Position numbers and translations under genes: made by a program. A stretch of DNA of 64,000 nucleotides from an uncultured Muribaculaceae bacterium (GTDB lineage: Bacteria > Bacteroidota > Bacteroidia > Bacteroidales > UBA932): the NCBI GenBank assembly GCA_964391955.1, contig CAYMOB010000005.1, positions 39,519 through 103,518 of the forward strand. The letters run 5' to 3'. Below are positions 28,817 through 38,667 of this stretch, piece after piece (within the stretch, counting starts at the first letter, position 1; every line of letters begins with the position of its first letter). The notes below the pieces were generated by a model. It saw nothing but the letters and a program-made list of their open reading frames with translations. It was not told the DNA's origin and did not search any database.

Positions 28817-29782
28817 ATGGAATATTCAAAGGATCTTTCTATAATAATCCCTCTTCTGAACGAAGAGGAGTCCCTTCCGGAGCTTCTGGCGTGGATCAGA
28901 AGCGTGATGAACGCAAAGGGGTACGACTATGAGGTGATTTTCATCGATGACGGGAGCACGGACGGCTCTTGGGCGAGAATCCGGCGCTTCGCTGAAGAGG
29001 ACAGCCGGGTCAAAGGAATATCCTTCCGCCGCAACTACGGCAAGTCAGCGGCTCTTTACGAGGGCTTCGCCAAGGCTGGGGGGAGGGTGGTTGTCACGAT
29101 GGACGCGGATCTTCAGGACTCGCCCGAAGAGATACCGGAAATGTACCGGATGGTCACCGAGGAGGGCTACGACATCGTCTCGGGATGGAAGCAGCACCGT
29201 CAGGACAACAGACTGACAAAGAACCTGCCTTCCAAACTGTACAATGCGACCGCGCGGTGGATTACCGGAATCAAGCTTCACGATATGAACTGCGGGCTGA
29301 AGGCCTACAGAAACGAGGTCGTCAAGAACGTGGAGGTCTATGGCGAGATGCACCGGTATATTCCTTACCTTGCGAAGAACGCCGGATTCGGCAGAATCAC
29401 CGAAAAACCCGTACACCACCAGAAAAGGAAGTACGGGAAAAGCAAATTCGGGCTTGAGAGGTTCGTGAACGGATTCCTCGACCTTCTGTCACTGTGGTTC
29501 CTCGGAACTTTCGGCAAAAAACCGATGCACTTCTTCGGTTTCTCAGGGATAGTGATGTTTCTGATCGGCTTAGTGATGACAATCTGGATCATAGCCGCAA
29601 AGCTTGTCCATCAAGCCCAGGGCTCTCATTTCAGAGCCGTCACCGACCAGCCGCTGTTCTATCTTGCGATGATGGCCGCGGTCATAGGCGCGATGCTTTT
29701 CCTTGCCGGATTCGTCTGCGAGATGATCTCCCGCAACTCCGCGGAAAGAAACCGCTATAACATCAAGGACAGGATAGACTGA
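28817..29782 (+). CDS. family 2 glycosyltransferase (polyprenyl-phosphate sugar transferase type)
   Basis: LSIIIPLLNEE, FIDDGSTDGS, DADLQD, two C-terminal TM helices (GtrB/ArnC-like layout). Confidence 0.85.
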   Translation: MEYSKDLSIIIPLLNEEESLPELLAWIRSVMNAKGYDYEVIFIDDGSTDGSWARIRRFAEEDSRVKGISFRRNYGKSAALYEGFAKAGGRVVVTMDADLQDSPEEIPEMYRMVTEEGYDIVSGWKQHRQDNRLTKNLPSKLYNATARWITGIKLHDMNCGLKAYRNEVVKNVEVYGEMHRYIPYLAKNAGFGRITEKPVHHQKRKYGKSKFGLERFVNGFLDLLSLWFLGTFGKKPMHFFGFSGIVMFLIGLVMTIWIIAAKLVHQAQGSHFRAVTDQPLFYLAMMAAVIGAMLFLAGFVCEMISRNSAERNRYNIKDRID

Positions 29783-29786
29783 AAGG

Positions 29787-29811
29787 AGCTTCCAAGAGAT
29801 TCTTGGAAGCT
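29787..29811. terminator. bidirectional hairpin between GT2 and the surface operon
   Basis: AGCTTCCAAGA-GAT-TCTTGGAAGCT, perfect 11-bp stem. Confidence 0.6.
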
Positions 29812-29835
29812 GCCGGCTGTTTTCAAGAACAGCTT

Positions 29836-31440
29836 CTAATACTCCAGACTGAAATCATCCACCCAAAGAACCGAGTCCGGGCTGCCGGTGAAATAGTCTC
29901 CAAGCATACTTGCCGCACAAGAGACTATGATGTGCGTAGGCCGCCGGGAGGTGGAGACATATTCCAAAGGAATCTCGATTCTGGTCCAGTCCATATCCTG
30001 TCCCGTGACAAATCTGCCGTAGGCGATGACATCCGGGCCGTACGGATCGAAGAACGTGGACTTGTCGGTGGTGTTGATTTCGACAGGGCAATCCTCGGTT
30101 CCGCCATATTTGCGGAAGTCCCAGGAGCCAAGGGCGACCCAGACTATTCCACGGTCGTTGTCTCCCACATTTACGACGTCGTCAGGCGGATATTCGCCAA
30201 GGGTCTTCTGCTGGACTTTGCCGCTCTTGTACTTAAGAGAAAGCGTGACCTTCCTCGGACGCAGGGTGAACGGACGGCCAACACGAATCTTGCCGCCGGA
30301 CACACCGACATTCTCGACATATTCACCCGAGAATATGTTTCCCGCGGCGAATTTGATGACCACATACTGCGACTCCATCTTCAATGAATACTCTCCCTCG
30401 ACCTTTTCGGCACCGTCCACTTTGGTGATGGCATAGCTCGCTCCTACGGTTGTGGAGCCCTTGTTGCCGCTCCCCCACCATTTGGTACGGAGGGTACTGT
30501 CATCGGACGACGGGTCATAGAACGAAAGATACTTGCCCGACTCGGCGTTTGAGAATGTCTCGAAACCGGAATTCGGCAACTGAACCGCGTCCTCAGTCGT
30601 AAACCTCAGCGTACCGGAAGTTTCATTCCCGCTATAAGCGACGCATTCATATTCAGTCAAAGGCTGAAGTCCGTCAGCAGCCGCGCTGAAGTCACCTCCG
30701 TCGGAAACAACATCTCCGACCTCCTTCCAATCAGTCTCACCGACCTTCCTTATCCGGAAGCCGTTGTCCCGACCTTCGATGCCGCTGGCCTTCAGCCATG
30801 CCACTCCGGTCCAGACATCCGGTTTTGAGATGGATACCGAAGACTCCACTTCCTCAACATATAATGTCCAGACCTCGATGACATCACGATACGACACCGT
30901 CAGTTCCACCGGACTCTCAAAATTCCCGAGGGATTCGACAGCCGGGGAATATGTCGTCTGCCCTTCAGGACCGAGTTTTATCGATGACACGCTCAGGCGG
31001 GTCAATCCGATTCCGAACGGAATCCGCACCACGACACGTCTGTTGGGCGCGTCAATCACAGAACCGCCGATCTGGCCGGAGACAGAAAAATACCGTTCGA
31101 TCGGCTGCGTCGCCTTGATTGTCCAGACACATTCGTTCTGATAGGCCGAAAGTGTCACAGCCAGAGGCGATGTCAGATCCTTTACGCCCGCCAACATTTC
31201 CGAAGAAGTCACCGCCTCGTCATTGAACGACACCTCACGTACATTCACATTCCTCACATCGGTGGTTTCCTCCAAAGTAAGGAGGACCTCACGCGATTCG
31301 GAGTTGATGGCCACTGATTCCGTTCCGTCAGCGTCGAGCCGCGCGATGGCGGGGTCAACCTCGGGATACGGGATGTCATTCCGTATGCACGAGGCGACTG
31401 AAAGAAGGGCGATCAATGATGGCAACGCAAATTTTCTCAT
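29836..31440 (-). CDS. PCMD domain surface lipoprotein (paralog 2)
   Basis: Lipobox LLSVASC. The C-terminal ~250 aa (NSGFETFSNAESGKY..WWGSGNKG..IIVSCAASMLGDYF) parallels ORF 32935..34761. Confidence 0.75.
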   Translation of the reverse strand: MRKFALPSLIALLSVASCIRNDIPYPEVDPAIARLDADGTESVAINSESREVLLTLEETTDVRNVNVREVSFNDEAVTSSEMLAGVKDLTSPLAVTLSAYQNECVWTIKATQPIERYFSVSGQIGGSVIDAPNRRVVVRIPFGIGLTRLSVSSIKLGPEGQTTYSPAVESLGNFESPVELTVSYRDVIEVWTLYVEEVESSVSISKPDVWTGVAWLKASGIEGRDNGFRIRKVGETDWKEVGDVVSDGGDFSAAADGLQPLTEYECVAYSGNETSGTLRFTTEDAVQLPNSGFETFSNAESGKYLSFYDPSSDDSTLRTKWWGSGNKGSTTVGASYAITKVDGAEKVEGEYSLKMESQYVVIKFAAGNIFSGEYVENVGVSGGKIRVGRPFTLRPRKVTLSLKYKSGKVQQKTLGEYPPDDVVNVGDNDRGIVWVALGSWDFRKYGGTEDCPVEINTTDKSTFFDPYGPDVIAYGRFVTGQDMDWTRIEIPLEYVSTSRRPTHIIVSCAASMLGDYFTGSPDSVLWVDDFSLEY

Positions 31441-31443
31441 AAC

Positions 31444-32187
31444 CTAAATGTGGAAACTCAGTCCAAACGAAATATCCAGGATGTCGAGCATAAACCTGAC
31501 TTTGGAAAAATCACGGGTGCCGACAACCTCCCCGTCCTTGTAGTAGTCAATGTGATTGTAGGTCGCCCCGCCGATGCCTATCGATACGTGGGTGCTGACG
31601 CTGTTGGTGACAAAAATCATCAGACCGGGATGGACAGCCAGCCTCACCTTGTCGGCCGTGGAGTAGCTGTCAAGACTGTCCTCATTGTAAGAGAACGACG
31701 TACGCGTGCGGGAATATCCCAAAGACACCTCCGTGAACACGCCAATCCTCGACTTCCTGTCCAGGGCCGCATAAGCCCTGTGGAACACCTCGGCCTGGAC
31801 TGTGCGGGAGTCCGCCCTGATGTCGCTCAGAGAGACTGCCAGATCATCGCTCAGCATCGAGAAGTCGGCGTTGGAGACACCACCCTGAGCCGACGAATAC
31901 TTCGCCCTTACGCCAATGGACCTGTTATTTTTATATGTATAATTACAATAAGGAGCAAGCGTCAGCACGGAGCCGTCCGCGTCAAGATGCTGAAGAAGCA
32001 TAAGATATTCGCTGTCAGTGCTGGTCAGATCAGCGTAGAAAAACTGCACTCCGGCCGAGAAGTCTCCTTTCGGCATAAACAGCCTGTCCGATCCCCGTTT
32101 CCCAGAGACCGAAAGGCTGTCCCGCTCCGCAGCCTCAAGACAAAGGACGGAAAACAGGACGGAAACTATCAACGCAAACTTTTTCAC
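31444..32187 (-). CDS. small outer-membrane beta-barrel protein (paralog 2)
   Basis: GTG 32187 gives VKKFALIVSVLFSVLCLEAA signal, 4 nt after the upstream stop. Alternating strands, C-terminal LSFHI. Confidence 0.6.
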   Translation of the reverse strand: MKKFALIVSVLFSVLCLEAAERDSLSVSGKRGSDRLFMPKGDFSAGVQFFYADLTSTDSEYLMLLQHLDADGSVLTLAPYCNYTYKNNRSIGVRAKYSSAQGGVSNADFSMLSDDLAVSLSDIRADSRTVQAEVFHRAYAALDRKSRIGVFTEVSLGYSRTRTSFSYNEDSLDSYSTADKVRLAVHPGLMIFVTNSVSTHVSIGIGGATYNHIDYYKDGEVVGTRDFSKVRFMLDILDISFGLSFHI

Positions 32188-32191
32188 TGGC

Positions 32192-32935
32192 CTACAAATA
32201 ATAATAAAGGCTGAAACCGACCGCAAGAAGGTTCACCTTGAAATTAATGAATGAAAAACTCCTGCTTCCCTCGGCGACCTGGTTATGAACCTGCTCCGTC
32301 CAGTCGTAATGAAGACCCATCATGTTCACGCTCACGTCCAGCGCAAGCCTGTCTGTGACAAAAGCCATAAAGCCAGGACAGACGTTGATTCCCAAGGAGT
32401 TGGATGTCTCATACGAGGCGTTCACCTTGTTTCCGTGGCCGTCAAGGACCTTCCCCTGGCCATAGGAATACGCCAACTGAAGCTCGTTGAAGAGAGAGAT
32501 GCGCCTCAAAGAACCGACAGGAATATAATAACGTCCGATTCCCTGAATCTCAAAGGAATGGCTGATCTTATGGAAGTCAGCCACCTCCAGATTGATGTCC
32601 TCGAAATCCATCTTGGCAGAATCAAGCCGGAGCATATTCCTTTTGTAGCCGACCCTGACTCCCGCTCCGAGATTGTCCTTGAACATATAGCAGAACGCCG
32701 GGCTTACGGAAACTGTGTAGCCGGCCGACTTGATGCCGTTGACCACCAGCAGACGCGAGTTGTCGTTGTCGTGCAGCATATAGCCTGCACCTCCGCCCAC
32801 CATCCAGGTTCCCTTCTTGATGACGCAAGGCTGGGACGACAGGTCGATGCCTCTGTCCAGCTTCTGCCCCTCGGCCGCAAACGACACAAGGAGCGGAAGC
32901 AGTACAGCAAGCGATCTGAATAGGAGCCGTGCCAT
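32192..32935 (-). CDS. small outer-membrane beta-barrel protein (paralog 1)
   Basis: Signal MARLLFRSLAVLLPLLVSFAAEGQ, alternating beta pattern, C-terminal FSLYYYL. Confidence 0.65.
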   Translation of the reverse strand: MARLLFRSLAVLLPLLVSFAAEGQKLDRGIDLSSQPCVIKKGTWMVGGGAGYMLHDNDNSRLLVVNGIKSAGYTVSVSPAFCYMFKDNLGAGVRVGYKRNMLRLDSAKMDFEDINLEVADFHKISHSFEIQGIGRYYIPVGSLRRISLFNELQLAYSYGQGKVLDGHGNKVNASYETSNSLGINVCPGFMAFVTDRLALDVSVNMMGLHYDWTEQVHNQVAEGSRSFSFINFKVNLLAVGFSLYYYL

Positions 32936-34761
32936 TACTCGTATAGAAGTTCCATTCCGTCAAGCCACAGCTTGCTGTCATCGTAGCCGGAGAAATAGTC
33001 TCCGTACATACTGGCCGCACAGCTGATGATGATGTGGGTAGGATAGGTGCTAAGATTTCTGTAATCCAGCGGAATCGTCACCTGGATCCAATCCGTGGCC
33101 GGATTAGTGCTGTCGGAAGAGACAATCTTCTCGCCGAAAGCTATCGTGGACGCGTCTGTGCTGAAATCCACGAAAGTGCTTGGATCGGTGGTGTCGAACA
33201 TCACAGGACTCTCGGTGTCTCCGCCATATTTCTTGAAGTCCCACGTACCCAAGGCGATTCTGATGGAAGCCTTGTCGTAATTGCCTTTCTTTCCATCCTC
33301 AGGGACATTGCTTGACTCGCGGTTGATGACTCCTCCGGAATATTTCATCCAAAGACGGAGCGCGGTAGGCCTTGCCGTGAAAGGTCTTCCGAAATAAACA
33401 GTACCGCCCGACGTGCCGATAAGTTCTCCGAAACGACCGCTGAAAAGGTTGCCGGCGGCGAATTTCACCACCACATAGCGGGACTGAAGGCAAACGGACT
33501 GAGAGCCCTCCTTGTAAGAGGACGCGTCAGGGTAGCAGATAACGGAGCTTGATCCGACAAGGGTGGCGCCGGAGTTGCCATTGCCCCACCACTTGGTCTG
33601 AAGGGTGACATCTGAGGAAGACGGGTCATAGAAGGACGGATACTTTTCGCTTTCGGCGTTTGAAGTCGTCTCGAATCCTCCGTTAGGCACAGCCACGGCC
33701 TTGTCAGTCGTGACATCATCCTGGGCAGGAAGAATCTCCTCCTCACCGGACTCCAGAGAGGTCAGCACAAGCCTGTATTCATAGGTGGTCGAAGGTGACA
33801 GCTGCGTTATCTCGGCGCTGAATGTACCCTCGGACTCCCTCACTGAAGCCACACGCCTCCATTCCGAGGTTCCTTTCTCGCGGACCTCGAACCAGACTTT
33901 CTCCTTGTCGTACTGAGCCTCGTCCACATCGGCGTGGGCCGTGAAATGTCCGGCCCAGACCTCATATTTGGCGGAACGGGCTATTCCGGTCGAGGAACCC
34001 TCGAAAATGATGTCATCATAAATGTTGTTGGTAGAGTCATCCACAAGCAGATCGAAAGCCAGCAGACCGTCCTTCTCCGTGTACTTGAGAGAAAGCCTGT
34101 ACCTTTTGCCCCCTTCCACGGACTTGATCTCGCCCGACTTTGTGAAAGGGCTTCCATCCTTCTTGAGTGTTCCCTCGAACTTCCAGTAAAGGGAAGGCTC
34201 GAAGCCGGAGACAATGAAATAACCGTCCTTCCCGCTTTCGGATGCATTATATACAAGGTTGCCGGAAGCGTCGCCAAAGCCGACAGTACACTTATAGCCG
34301 GACTCGAACACATCGGCCACCGTCTGGTCAAAGGAGACGTTGGAAATCACATTGCAGACCTTGGCCGTGACAGTCACGCTGCCGGACACTCCGGCCTGCA
34401 CGGTCACATTTGACGAACCTTTGTAGCTTTTCTGATCCCACGAGGCCGCGGCCGGGCTTTCCTTCGCCATCTCTCCCGCCACGACATCGACACGATAATC
34501 GTCGGCCGGAAGATAAACGGACGCGGGCATCCGCGAATATACATACTCACGCACCTTGCCGGAAAAATCACCTTTATAGATGCTGATTCTTGCGGAGGAA
34601 AGCAGCTCCTCCTGAGTCATCGACGCCTTTGTGGCAGGCTCTCCCATTCTGATGTCAAGGGTGAGCGCACCCTTTCCGGAAGGAGTCACGTCATAGCCGG
34701 CACATGCTCCCAAGGCGATTGCGGAGAGAGCCAATGTTATGATTGTCAGTTTATTTCGCAT
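32935..34761 (-). CDS. PCMD domain surface lipoprotein (paralog 1)
   Basis: MRNKLTIITLALSAIALGACAG lipobox (ATG 34761); PCMD-type C-terminal domain. Confidence 0.75.
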   Translation of the reverse strand: MRNKLTIITLALSAIALGACAGYDVTPSGKGALTLDIRMGEPATKASMTQEELLSSARISIYKGDFSGKVREYVYSRMPASVYLPADDYRVDVVAGEMAKESPAAASWDQKSYKGSSNVTVQAGVSGSVTVTAKVCNVISNVSFDQTVADVFESGYKCTVGFGDASGNLVYNASESGKDGYFIVSGFEPSLYWKFEGTLKKDGSPFTKSGEIKSVEGGKRYRLSLKYTEKDGLLAFDLLVDDSTNNIYDDIIFEGSSTGIARSAKYEVWAGHFTAHADVDEAQYDKEKVWFEVREKGTSEWRRVASVRESEGTFSAEITQLSPSTTYEYRLVLTSLESGEEEILPAQDDVTTDKAVAVPNGGFETTSNAESEKYPSFYDPSSSDVTLQTKWWGNGNSGATLVGSSSVICYPDASSYKEGSQSVCLQSRYVVVKFAAGNLFSGRFGELIGTSGGTVYFGRPFTARPTALRLWMKYSGGVINRESSNVPEDGKKGNYDKASIRIALGTWDFKKYGGDTESPVMFDTTDPSTFVDFSTDASTIAFGEKIVSSDSTNPATDWIQVTIPLDYRNLSTYPTHIIISCAASMYGDYFSGYDDSKLWLDGMELLYE

Positions 34762-34772
34762 ATTCAAACCTC

Positions 34773-36014
34773 CTAAAGTACCTCAAGTGTGATTGGAATA
34801 CTCTTGCGGCATCCCTTGTTGTCAATCACGTTCATCGTGAAAGTGTGCCTTCCTTTGAAAGCCAGAAGAGGAGTCTGGGCTCCGGAAAGGTCGAACTCGA
34901 TTTCAGTCTTGCCGGCAAGCTCCGCTCCATGAGGGAAAGGAACAATGTCGAACACACCCAAAGCAGCGTCGGACGGGTTGATGAGATCAAGAGTGGTTCC
35001 GCCGACGGTGTTGACCGAATTGATGAAATCAGTGTTGGTGGAGGCGATGTCAACCGTGAACTTACGGACTCCGTTAGGGACTTTCGCTGTCATTGTCAAC
35101 GGGAACGCACCTTCTGAAGGCACCGTCACTGTGTTGGTAATATCGTAGGAGCTTGTGCTTATCAGCTCGATTCCGCCGTCTCCGGCAGGAGCGTCAGGGT
35201 CATACCCGTCACCTTCCTCGATGGCCGTCACGTCATTGTCAAGCTCCGCGTCCTCCACCAGTCCATCGATCTCCACGGAGAACGAAGCGTTGCCGGAAGC
35301 GTCCACTTTCTTGAGGATGGTGACCACGTGCCAGTCACGGGCCTTCACATTGGTGATGGTCGCGCGCATCCTCTGAATCTTGCCATCAACCGAACCCTTG
35401 AAAACCAAAGAGATGGTCGCATCGCCGCTGTTTACGGCGAAATAACCCTGCCTGCGGTCATAGTTCGGAGAGCCGGTCGAATAGTCAATCTTGTACTCCA
35501 GAGGGTAGCCTGCCGCCAGTTCCACCGTAGTCGCCCCTTCGCCCGTGACAGATTTGAGAAAATCATCGTTATAGCCGACCGTGACAACCGCCTGGAGAAG
35601 GGTGCAGGTGATTGATCCGAGTGTCGTGGTGACCCCTGCCTTGATGGAGAAGCTCTTTGTCGCTCCATAGACAGGTGCGGTGAATTTGGCCTTAGGCACA
35701 TCAGTGCTGGTGGAGCGGGCTTCCAGACTGTAATCCCCGGCAGGAAGAGAAACACTTCCCGCTGAACGTACTTCCTGGTAGGTCTTCTGCCACACAAGCT
35801 TCCCTGCGTTGTCGTATAGGAAAAGGACATAATCATCGCTTGCGGCTTCCGCGCGGGTAGGCACCTTATGAAGCTCATCCGACACCTCAAGCGACAATCC
35901 CTCAAAGGAAAGCACGCCGCCCTTGTCCTTTCCTCCGTAATTGAAATTGTCCTTATTGCAGGACACCGCCAGAACCATAATGGCGGCAAAGAATATGTAA
36001 GCTATCTTTTTCAT
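34773..36014 (-). CDS. DUF4493 lipoprotein
   Basis: Lipobox LAVSCNKD. Pattern G.L.F..L...V.TRA...DY...L.D..G, LPAGDYSLEA, F..PVYG typical of DUF4493 (from memory). Confidence 0.7.
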   Translation of the reverse strand: MKKIAYIFFAAIMVLAVSCNKDNFNYGGKDKGGVLSFEGLSLEVSDELHKVPTRAEAASDDYVLFLYDNAGKLVWQKTYQEVRSAGSVSLPAGDYSLEARSTSTDVPKAKFTAPVYGATKSFSIKAGVTTTLGSITCTLLQAVVTVGYNDDFLKSVTGEGATTVELAAGYPLEYKIDYSTGSPNYDRRQGYFAVNSGDATISLVFKGSVDGKIQRMRATITNVKARDWHVVTILKKVDASGNASFSVEIDGLVEDAELDNDVTAIEEGDGYDPDAPAGDGGIELISTSSYDITNTVTVPSEGAFPLTMTAKVPNGVRKFTVDIASTNTDFINSVNTVGGTTLDLINPSDAALGVFDIVPFPHGAELAGKTEIEFDLSGAQTPLLAFKGRHTFTMNVIDNKGCRKSIPITLEVL

Positions 36015-36019
36015 CTTTG

Positions 36020-36760
36020 TCAGTCGTTAAGATCAACATCAGTCAGCTCGACATCCTCGACAGTCTCGTCAAAAGAGATGCGGATCGTGTTACCTCCGAC
36101 ATTCGAGACATCGAACCTGAGCGTGTAGCAGGTTTTTGGAGAAAGGGATTTGTAGTCCTTGGAAAAGCTCTGGACACCACCTCCCTGATTCGTCAGCGTA
36201 CCTGTCACTGTTATCGTGTAGGCATCGACGAAAGCGGCCCTGGTCTCACCTTTAGGGAAAGCGATGGAAGTACCGCCTCCGGTCTTCACGGTGAATGAAT
36301 AATCAGAGTAATAAGCCTCGAACGCGTCACTGCATTCCACCTTGACGATGGAGTTGGAGAGAGACACCGGGATGGACACAGACGCCGTGCCGCCTCCGGT
36401 GACGGAGAAAGTCTTTGTCCCGGCAAAGCAAGGCTTACCGAAACCTTCGTCGGTGACAGAGCCATACGCGGCCTTCACCGAATAGTTGCCGGCCTTCAGC
36501 GCGGTCGATGTGTTGTAGCCCTCGAGGAGTCCGTTATAGATCTCGTCTTCGCCGGCGTTTGAAAGGACGATGGTGAACTTGCCGGTCTGCGGAAGGGTGG
36601 TGTAGTCGGCCACATTGCTTCTTGTAGCCTCAGCCACCTGTCCGTCAGCGTCAAGAAGGAACGTGACCCGGCCTTCAGGCCCCTCACCGCCCTGCCTTGA
36701 ACACGACACCGGCAGAACCGCCAGCGCCACCATTCCAAGGATGAAGTTTCTGATTCTCAT
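36020..36760 (-). CDS. DUF4493 lipoprotein (short)
   Basis: Lipobox LPVSCSRQ; same ATRS..DY / LKAGNYSVKA / FGKPCFAG pattern. Confidence 0.7.
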   Translation of the reverse strand: MRIRNFILGMVALAVLPVSCSRQGGEGPEGRVTFLLDADGQVAEATRSNVADYTTLPQTGKFTIVLSNAGEDEIYNGLLEGYNTSTALKAGNYSVKAAYGSVTDEGFGKPCFAGTKTFSVTGGGTASVSIPVSLSNSIVKVECSDAFEAYYSDYSFTVKTGGGTSIAFPKGETRAAFVDAYTITVTGTLTNQGGGVQSFSKDYKSLSPKTCYTLRFDVSNVGGNTIRISFDETVEDVELTDVDLND

Positions 36761-36770
36761 ATTAACTAAT

Positions 36771-38570
36771 TTACTTTGTGATTTTTACTTTTATGTTGTC
36801 CATGTAAAGCCAGCAGGTATTGTTTGATGTCCCCGCCTTATGCTCCGGAGTCGTCCGCCAGCTTATACGCAGAGGCGCCTTGACATTTGTCAGCCTCGCG
36901 CTGTAACTATGGCCGATGTTCGTGTAGGAACCGCCGGTCTCATTCACTATGAAACTGTCCTGGAAAACGCCGGTGTCGTCACCGCTATTAAGGTTATCCG
37001 GAGTGGTGATGTAACCGATATGTACAGTCTGGCTTATCTCCGGAGCCGAGACTATAAAACCATAGCCTTTCCTGTCCATAGAATAGTCGAAGCTGACATC
37101 CAGCCCCACAGCCACTCCTTCTTTCAGGCCTGACAGGAACGGCGAGTCGGCTCTCGCAGGATAGTCGGCGGATGTCTCCCTTCGGCAGGCCAGCCTCAAT
37201 GAGGTTCCGGCTTCTGTTCCGAATCGGGCGGCGCTCCAGCCGTTCAGGAAAGACACAGGACTCTTCGATCCGAGATTAGACTGTGAATACTCGTCATACG
37301 AGCTGATTCCCTCCACACCGCTGAAGTCCTCAAAGAACAGATAAGGGCAATCCAACGGGCAGACGGAGCTTGAGACGGACGTAAGGTCTGCAATCGTAAG
37401 CATCTCGGACACGATAGCGCTCTCCGACTCATAGACAACTGACAACTTCTTGGATGACAAGGTCCTGAAAGCATCCTCGTCCTTAGTCTCGAACTCGAAA
37501 GTGTCTCCGACCAGGACAGTTCCGTCATGCTTTCCCGTAAATTCAAGCACGTTGGATGCGGATCCCGGCCAATTGATTCCTTCCGGCAAGGAAAGCCTTA
37601 TGCTCCGAGGCTCCTCGCCAAGATTGTTCGAGGCGAGAGTGAATTTCAGCTTGAAGAGAGTGTTGACATTCGTAAGCCTGAGCGGAACAGGGGTCAGATG
37701 ACCTGCGGCGAAAGTCCTTCCCGTAAGCGGAACAGGATTCAGTTCGGCCCACTTGTTCTCCGAATATACGGTCGCCTCCATCCTGTCCGACGAAGTGTAA
37801 GCCACTGATGGAGGGAATATTCCGGCCACCGCGGAGCCGGATTCGTCCAACGGTTCCGCCAAATCCAGCACGACGGAGTTCGTACCGTCCCCAAGCGTCG
37901 CCGATGACGGGTCTGTCACATCGACAATGACCTTGCCGACGGAGGGACGAGGCATAGAAAACTCGATCCTCGTCACCGGCTCGCCAAGATAGTTCTTCCC
38001 TTCTGGAATATAGAATCTGAGGAAATGCAGCAGATGCTTCATCCTGACACTCACCGACGAGGCCGGAGAAATCGGGGAGGCCTCCTCTATCGGAGACAGG
38101 GCCGGGCCGGAGACAGGCTCCGCCACGATGATGTCCACTCCGTCCGAAGCCGTACCGTCCTGAACCGCCGGAAGCGTAAACCTTGCGACCGTACCGTCCT
38201 TAGACTCAGGCGACGGATAGACGACATAGTATGAATATGTCCCCTCATCCATCGGAGACGGAAGCGTGGACGTGAAATAGGCCGAAGACCGGTTCGAGCC
38301 GGCGGCCATCAGGCTGAACGGCCGGCCGTCAAGCGCATAGCTCCCGGACGAAGACTTCGCCCAGACCGCTACGGCATCGCCGGCGTTCCATTCAAATTGT
38401 TTATTCTCATCATTATAGGAAGTCCTTGTCCCGGCACCTTCTCCTACGGCTATGGCAACCATGACCGGCGCTTCCGCCGTATCCGACTCCAACCGGCCAT
38501 AATCTCCGCACCCGCAAAGACAGCCTCCGGCAAAAACAAGGAATATATTCAGTTTTTCTTTCAAACGCAC
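36771..38570 (-). CDS. fimbrillin-like surface lipoprotein
   Basis: GTG start, lipobox FAGGC. N-terminal GTRTSY..F.WNAGDAVAVW pattern resembles Bacteroidales fimbrillin-family proteins. Confidence 0.6.
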   Translation of the reverse strand: MRLKEKLNIFLVFAGGCLCGCGDYGRLESDTAEAPVMVAIAVGEGAGTRTSYNDENKQFEWNAGDAVAVWAKSSSGSYALDGRPFSLMAAGSNRSSAYFTSTLPSPMDEGTYSYYVVYPSPESKDGTVARFTLPAVQDGTASDGVDIIVAEPVSGPALSPIEEASPISPASSVSVRMKHLLHFLRFYIPEGKNYLGEPVTRIEFSMPRPSVGKVIVDVTDPSSATLGDGTNSVVLDLAEPLDESGSAVAGIFPPSVAYTSSDRMEATVYSENKWAELNPVPLTGRTFAAGHLTPVPLRLTNVNTLFKLKFTLASNNLGEEPRSIRLSLPEGINWPGSASNVLEFTGKHDGTVLVGDTFEFETKDEDAFRTLSSKKLSVVYESESAIVSEMLTIADLTSVSSSVCPLDCPYLFFEDFSGVEGISSYDEYSQSNLGSKSPVSFLNGWSAARFGTEAGTSLRLACRRETSADYPARADSPFLSGLKEGVAVGLDVSFDYSMDRKGYGFIVSAPEISQTVHIGYITTPDNLNSGDDTGVFQDSFIVNETGGSYTNIGHSYSARLTNVKAPLRISWRTTPEHKAGTSNNTCWLYMDNIKVKITK

Positions 38571-38617
38571 TGTTTTTCAACTTTGAAGGCAGGACTCCCC
38601 GCCTACACTACCAACTG

Positions 38618-38625
38618 CAAAAGTA
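38618..38625 (-). promoter_or_regulatory. candidate -7 box TACTTTTG for the surface operon
   Basis: Reverse complement of CAAAAGTA, 48 nt upstream of GTG 38570. Confidence 0.35.
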
Positions 38626-38667
38626 ACTCTTTTTAATCATATACAAAAATGTCTTCCGGAGTCAACG

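Noticed and set aside
31450-32923. Plus-strand ORFs 31450..32214 (254 aa) and 32285..32923 (212 aa)
   Set aside because: They are antisense to the two OM-barrel genes. The minus-strand products have signal peptides, alternating beta patterns and aromatic C-termini, and they fit the operon spacing. The plus-strand products are Arg-rich with no features.
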